64,000 bases of DNA, taken from the NCBI GenBank assembly GCA_963750165.1, contig CAVVPN010000012.1:832001-896000 (forward strand). The letters are read 5' to 3'. The stretch comes from an uncultured Gemmataceae bacterium (lineage in GTDB: Bacteria > Planctomycetota > Planctomycetia > Gemmatales > Gemmataceae). Positions 62,653 through 64,000 of the stretch are shown one piece after another. Under the pieces are notes generated by a model. It ran no database searches, was not told the origin of the DNA, and worked only from the letters and a program-made list of their open reading frames with translations. The first letter of the stretch is position 1, and each line of letters opens with the position of its first letter. The position numbers and the translations under genes are program-made.

Positions 62653-64000
62653 TCACCGCTTCACTCTGGACCGCTTCGCCTCCTTGACGACTGGCGGCCC
62701 CGCCGCCGGCAGGATGCGCGTGCTCTCCTCCTCGCGCACCGGCCCGCCTGCCTTCAACTCGTCAGCGGTGATCTCCACCTTGAAGCGCACGTCCCCCGGC
62801 GTCCGAGCCTGGACGAATACCTCATATTCCGCCTTCGTCCCGGGCGCCAGCGTCGGCAGCGGCGCGAACTGGAACGTCACGCCCTCGGCGGTGGCCGCCG
62901 GCAGTTTCTCCGGCGGGGCGCTCGCTCCCACGGCCCGCGTCGCCAGCAGTTGCGGCGGCACCGTCACCTGCACGCGCAGGTTCTTGACCGGCGCCGTGCC
63001 CTGGTTCACCACCTGAATGGGATAGCTCGTGCGGCCGCCGACGGCGATCGGGTCGTCGCGGTCGATCATCTCCAGCGACAGCGCCGACACGCCCTGGAAC
63101 TTCGTGCAGAATTCTGCCTCGGCACGCACTTCCCTGTCCGCCAGGGCCCGGGCGCGGACGCACAACTCCCCCGCCTGGTTCGCCCGCAGAAACACCTCCA
63201 CGGTGCGGCTCTGCCCCACGGGCAGCGTCCCCAGCAGCCAGGCCACCTGGTTCTTGACCAACTTGGCCTCGTCGCTGGCCCGCAGGTAGGTCGTGCCCGC
63301 GGGCAGCAGGGCCGCGAGCAGCACGTTGGTCGCCGCCGCCTTGCCGGTGTTGCGGACGGTGAGGCGGTAGCGCGTGGTGGGGCCGGCGTACTGGGCCTTC
63401 GGGCCGTCAATGCTCAGCTCCAGTTTCGCCCGGTCGCCCTCCTCCAGGATCAGCGGTGGCTCGATGGTTTTTTTGCCGCCGGGTGGCAGCGGCGGCTCAG
63501 TGGTCTTCTTGCCGCCGGGCGGCAGCGGCTTGACTTCGGGCGGCGCTACCTGCGGCGGTTTGACCTCGGGCGGTTGTAGCAACGGCGGTTCGGTCAGCAG
63601 CGGCGCCGCGCGGACCAGGCGCGTCGTCACGCTCTGGCCATGCTCGAACTGAACGCGGGCGCAGTTCTTGACGTCCTCGGCGCAGGTCGGGCAGAGCACC
63701 AGGACGATTTCGCGGCAGGCGCACGGCCCCAGGGTGCCGAAGTGCCAGCGCAACTCGGAGTCGGTCACGTTCGGCGCGGGCGTGGCCCGGACAAAGCGGG
63801 CGTTGGCGGGGATGGGGTTGCGCACCAGGACGTGATGGGCCGCCGCCGCGGAGTCGTTCTTGATGCAGATGTGGTATTCGAGTTCCTGGTCGGCACTGGC
63901 GCAGGCGTTGACGCGGACGCTGAGGCTGACCACCGGCGTCGGCGGGTCCAGGGGGCAGACGCTGCCGAGGATCAGCGGCGCCCCGACCAGCGGCTGCATG
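62653..64000 (-). CDS. DUF11-repeat (OmcB-like) protein; 5' end lies beyond the right edge
   Basis: LEYHICIKN, VKNCARVQFEHGQ, YRLTVRNTG, GVSALSLEMIDRDDPIAVGGRTSYPIQVVNQG. Confidence 0.85.
   Translation of the reverse strand, partial: MQPLVGAPLILGSVCPLDPPTPVVSLSVRVNACASADQELEYHICIKNDSAAAAHHVLVRNPIPANARFVRATPAPNVTDSELRWHFGTLGPCACREIVLVLCPTCAEDVKNCARVQFEHGQSVTTRLVRAAPLLTEPPLLQPPEVKPPQVAPPEVKPLPPGGKKTTEPPLPPGGKKTIEPPLILEEGDRAKLELSIDGPKAQYAGPTTRYRLTVRNTGKAAATNVLLAALLPAGTTYLRASDEAKLVKNQVAWLLGTLPVGQSRTVEVFLRANQAGELCVRARALADREVRAEAEFCTKFQGVSALSLEMIDRDDPIAVGGRTSYPIQVVNQGTAPVKNLRVQVTVPPQLLATRAVGASAPPEKLPAATAEGVTFQFAPLPTLAPGTKAEYEVFVQARTPGDVRFKVEITADELKAGGPVREEESTRILPAAGPPVVKEAKRSRVKR

Overview
GC-rich (visually about 65-70%) bacterial chromosome segment, most likely from a planctomycete (Gemmataceae-like). 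The lineage call rests on DUF1559, TIGR03067, a planctomycete extracellular leader motif, an extended ACP, a YTV-like Cys-rich protein and OmcB-like DUF11 proteins. Left to right it holds: (1) a multi-PAS sensor and a divergent sigma-54 activator ahead of an ACP-TolC-HlyD-MFS operon; (2) a nuclease-like gene remnant, a small MITE and an orphan pilT; (3) a non-canonical alpha-glucan/glycogen cluster (three GT4, two GH57, a small Zn-finger, glgX); (4) TolC plus a beta-barrel gene converging on a CusA/CzcA RND pump; (5) planctomycete secreted proteins and a partial Tad locus; (6) thrC, an ABC exporter, rnd, SDR, SIS, an Sm-like protein, a dipeptidase and a DcuC-like transporter; (7) an envelope cluster of Pro-rich, Cys-rich and DUF11 proteins, with nif3 and two small peptides. 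About a dozen genes carry 1-nt frameshifts, probably long-read errors. I found no tRNA, rRNA, CRISPR array or transposase. Intergenic DNA contains many unrelated palindromic repeat families. The best leads are the tandem-repeat hairpins sharing an AAGAC/GTCTT core, the glucan cluster with two apparently inactive GT4 paralogs, the Sm-like protein, the Cys-rich/OmcB-like envelope set and the WIDLGGEG peptide. All family calls come from motif recognition by eye; no database search was run.
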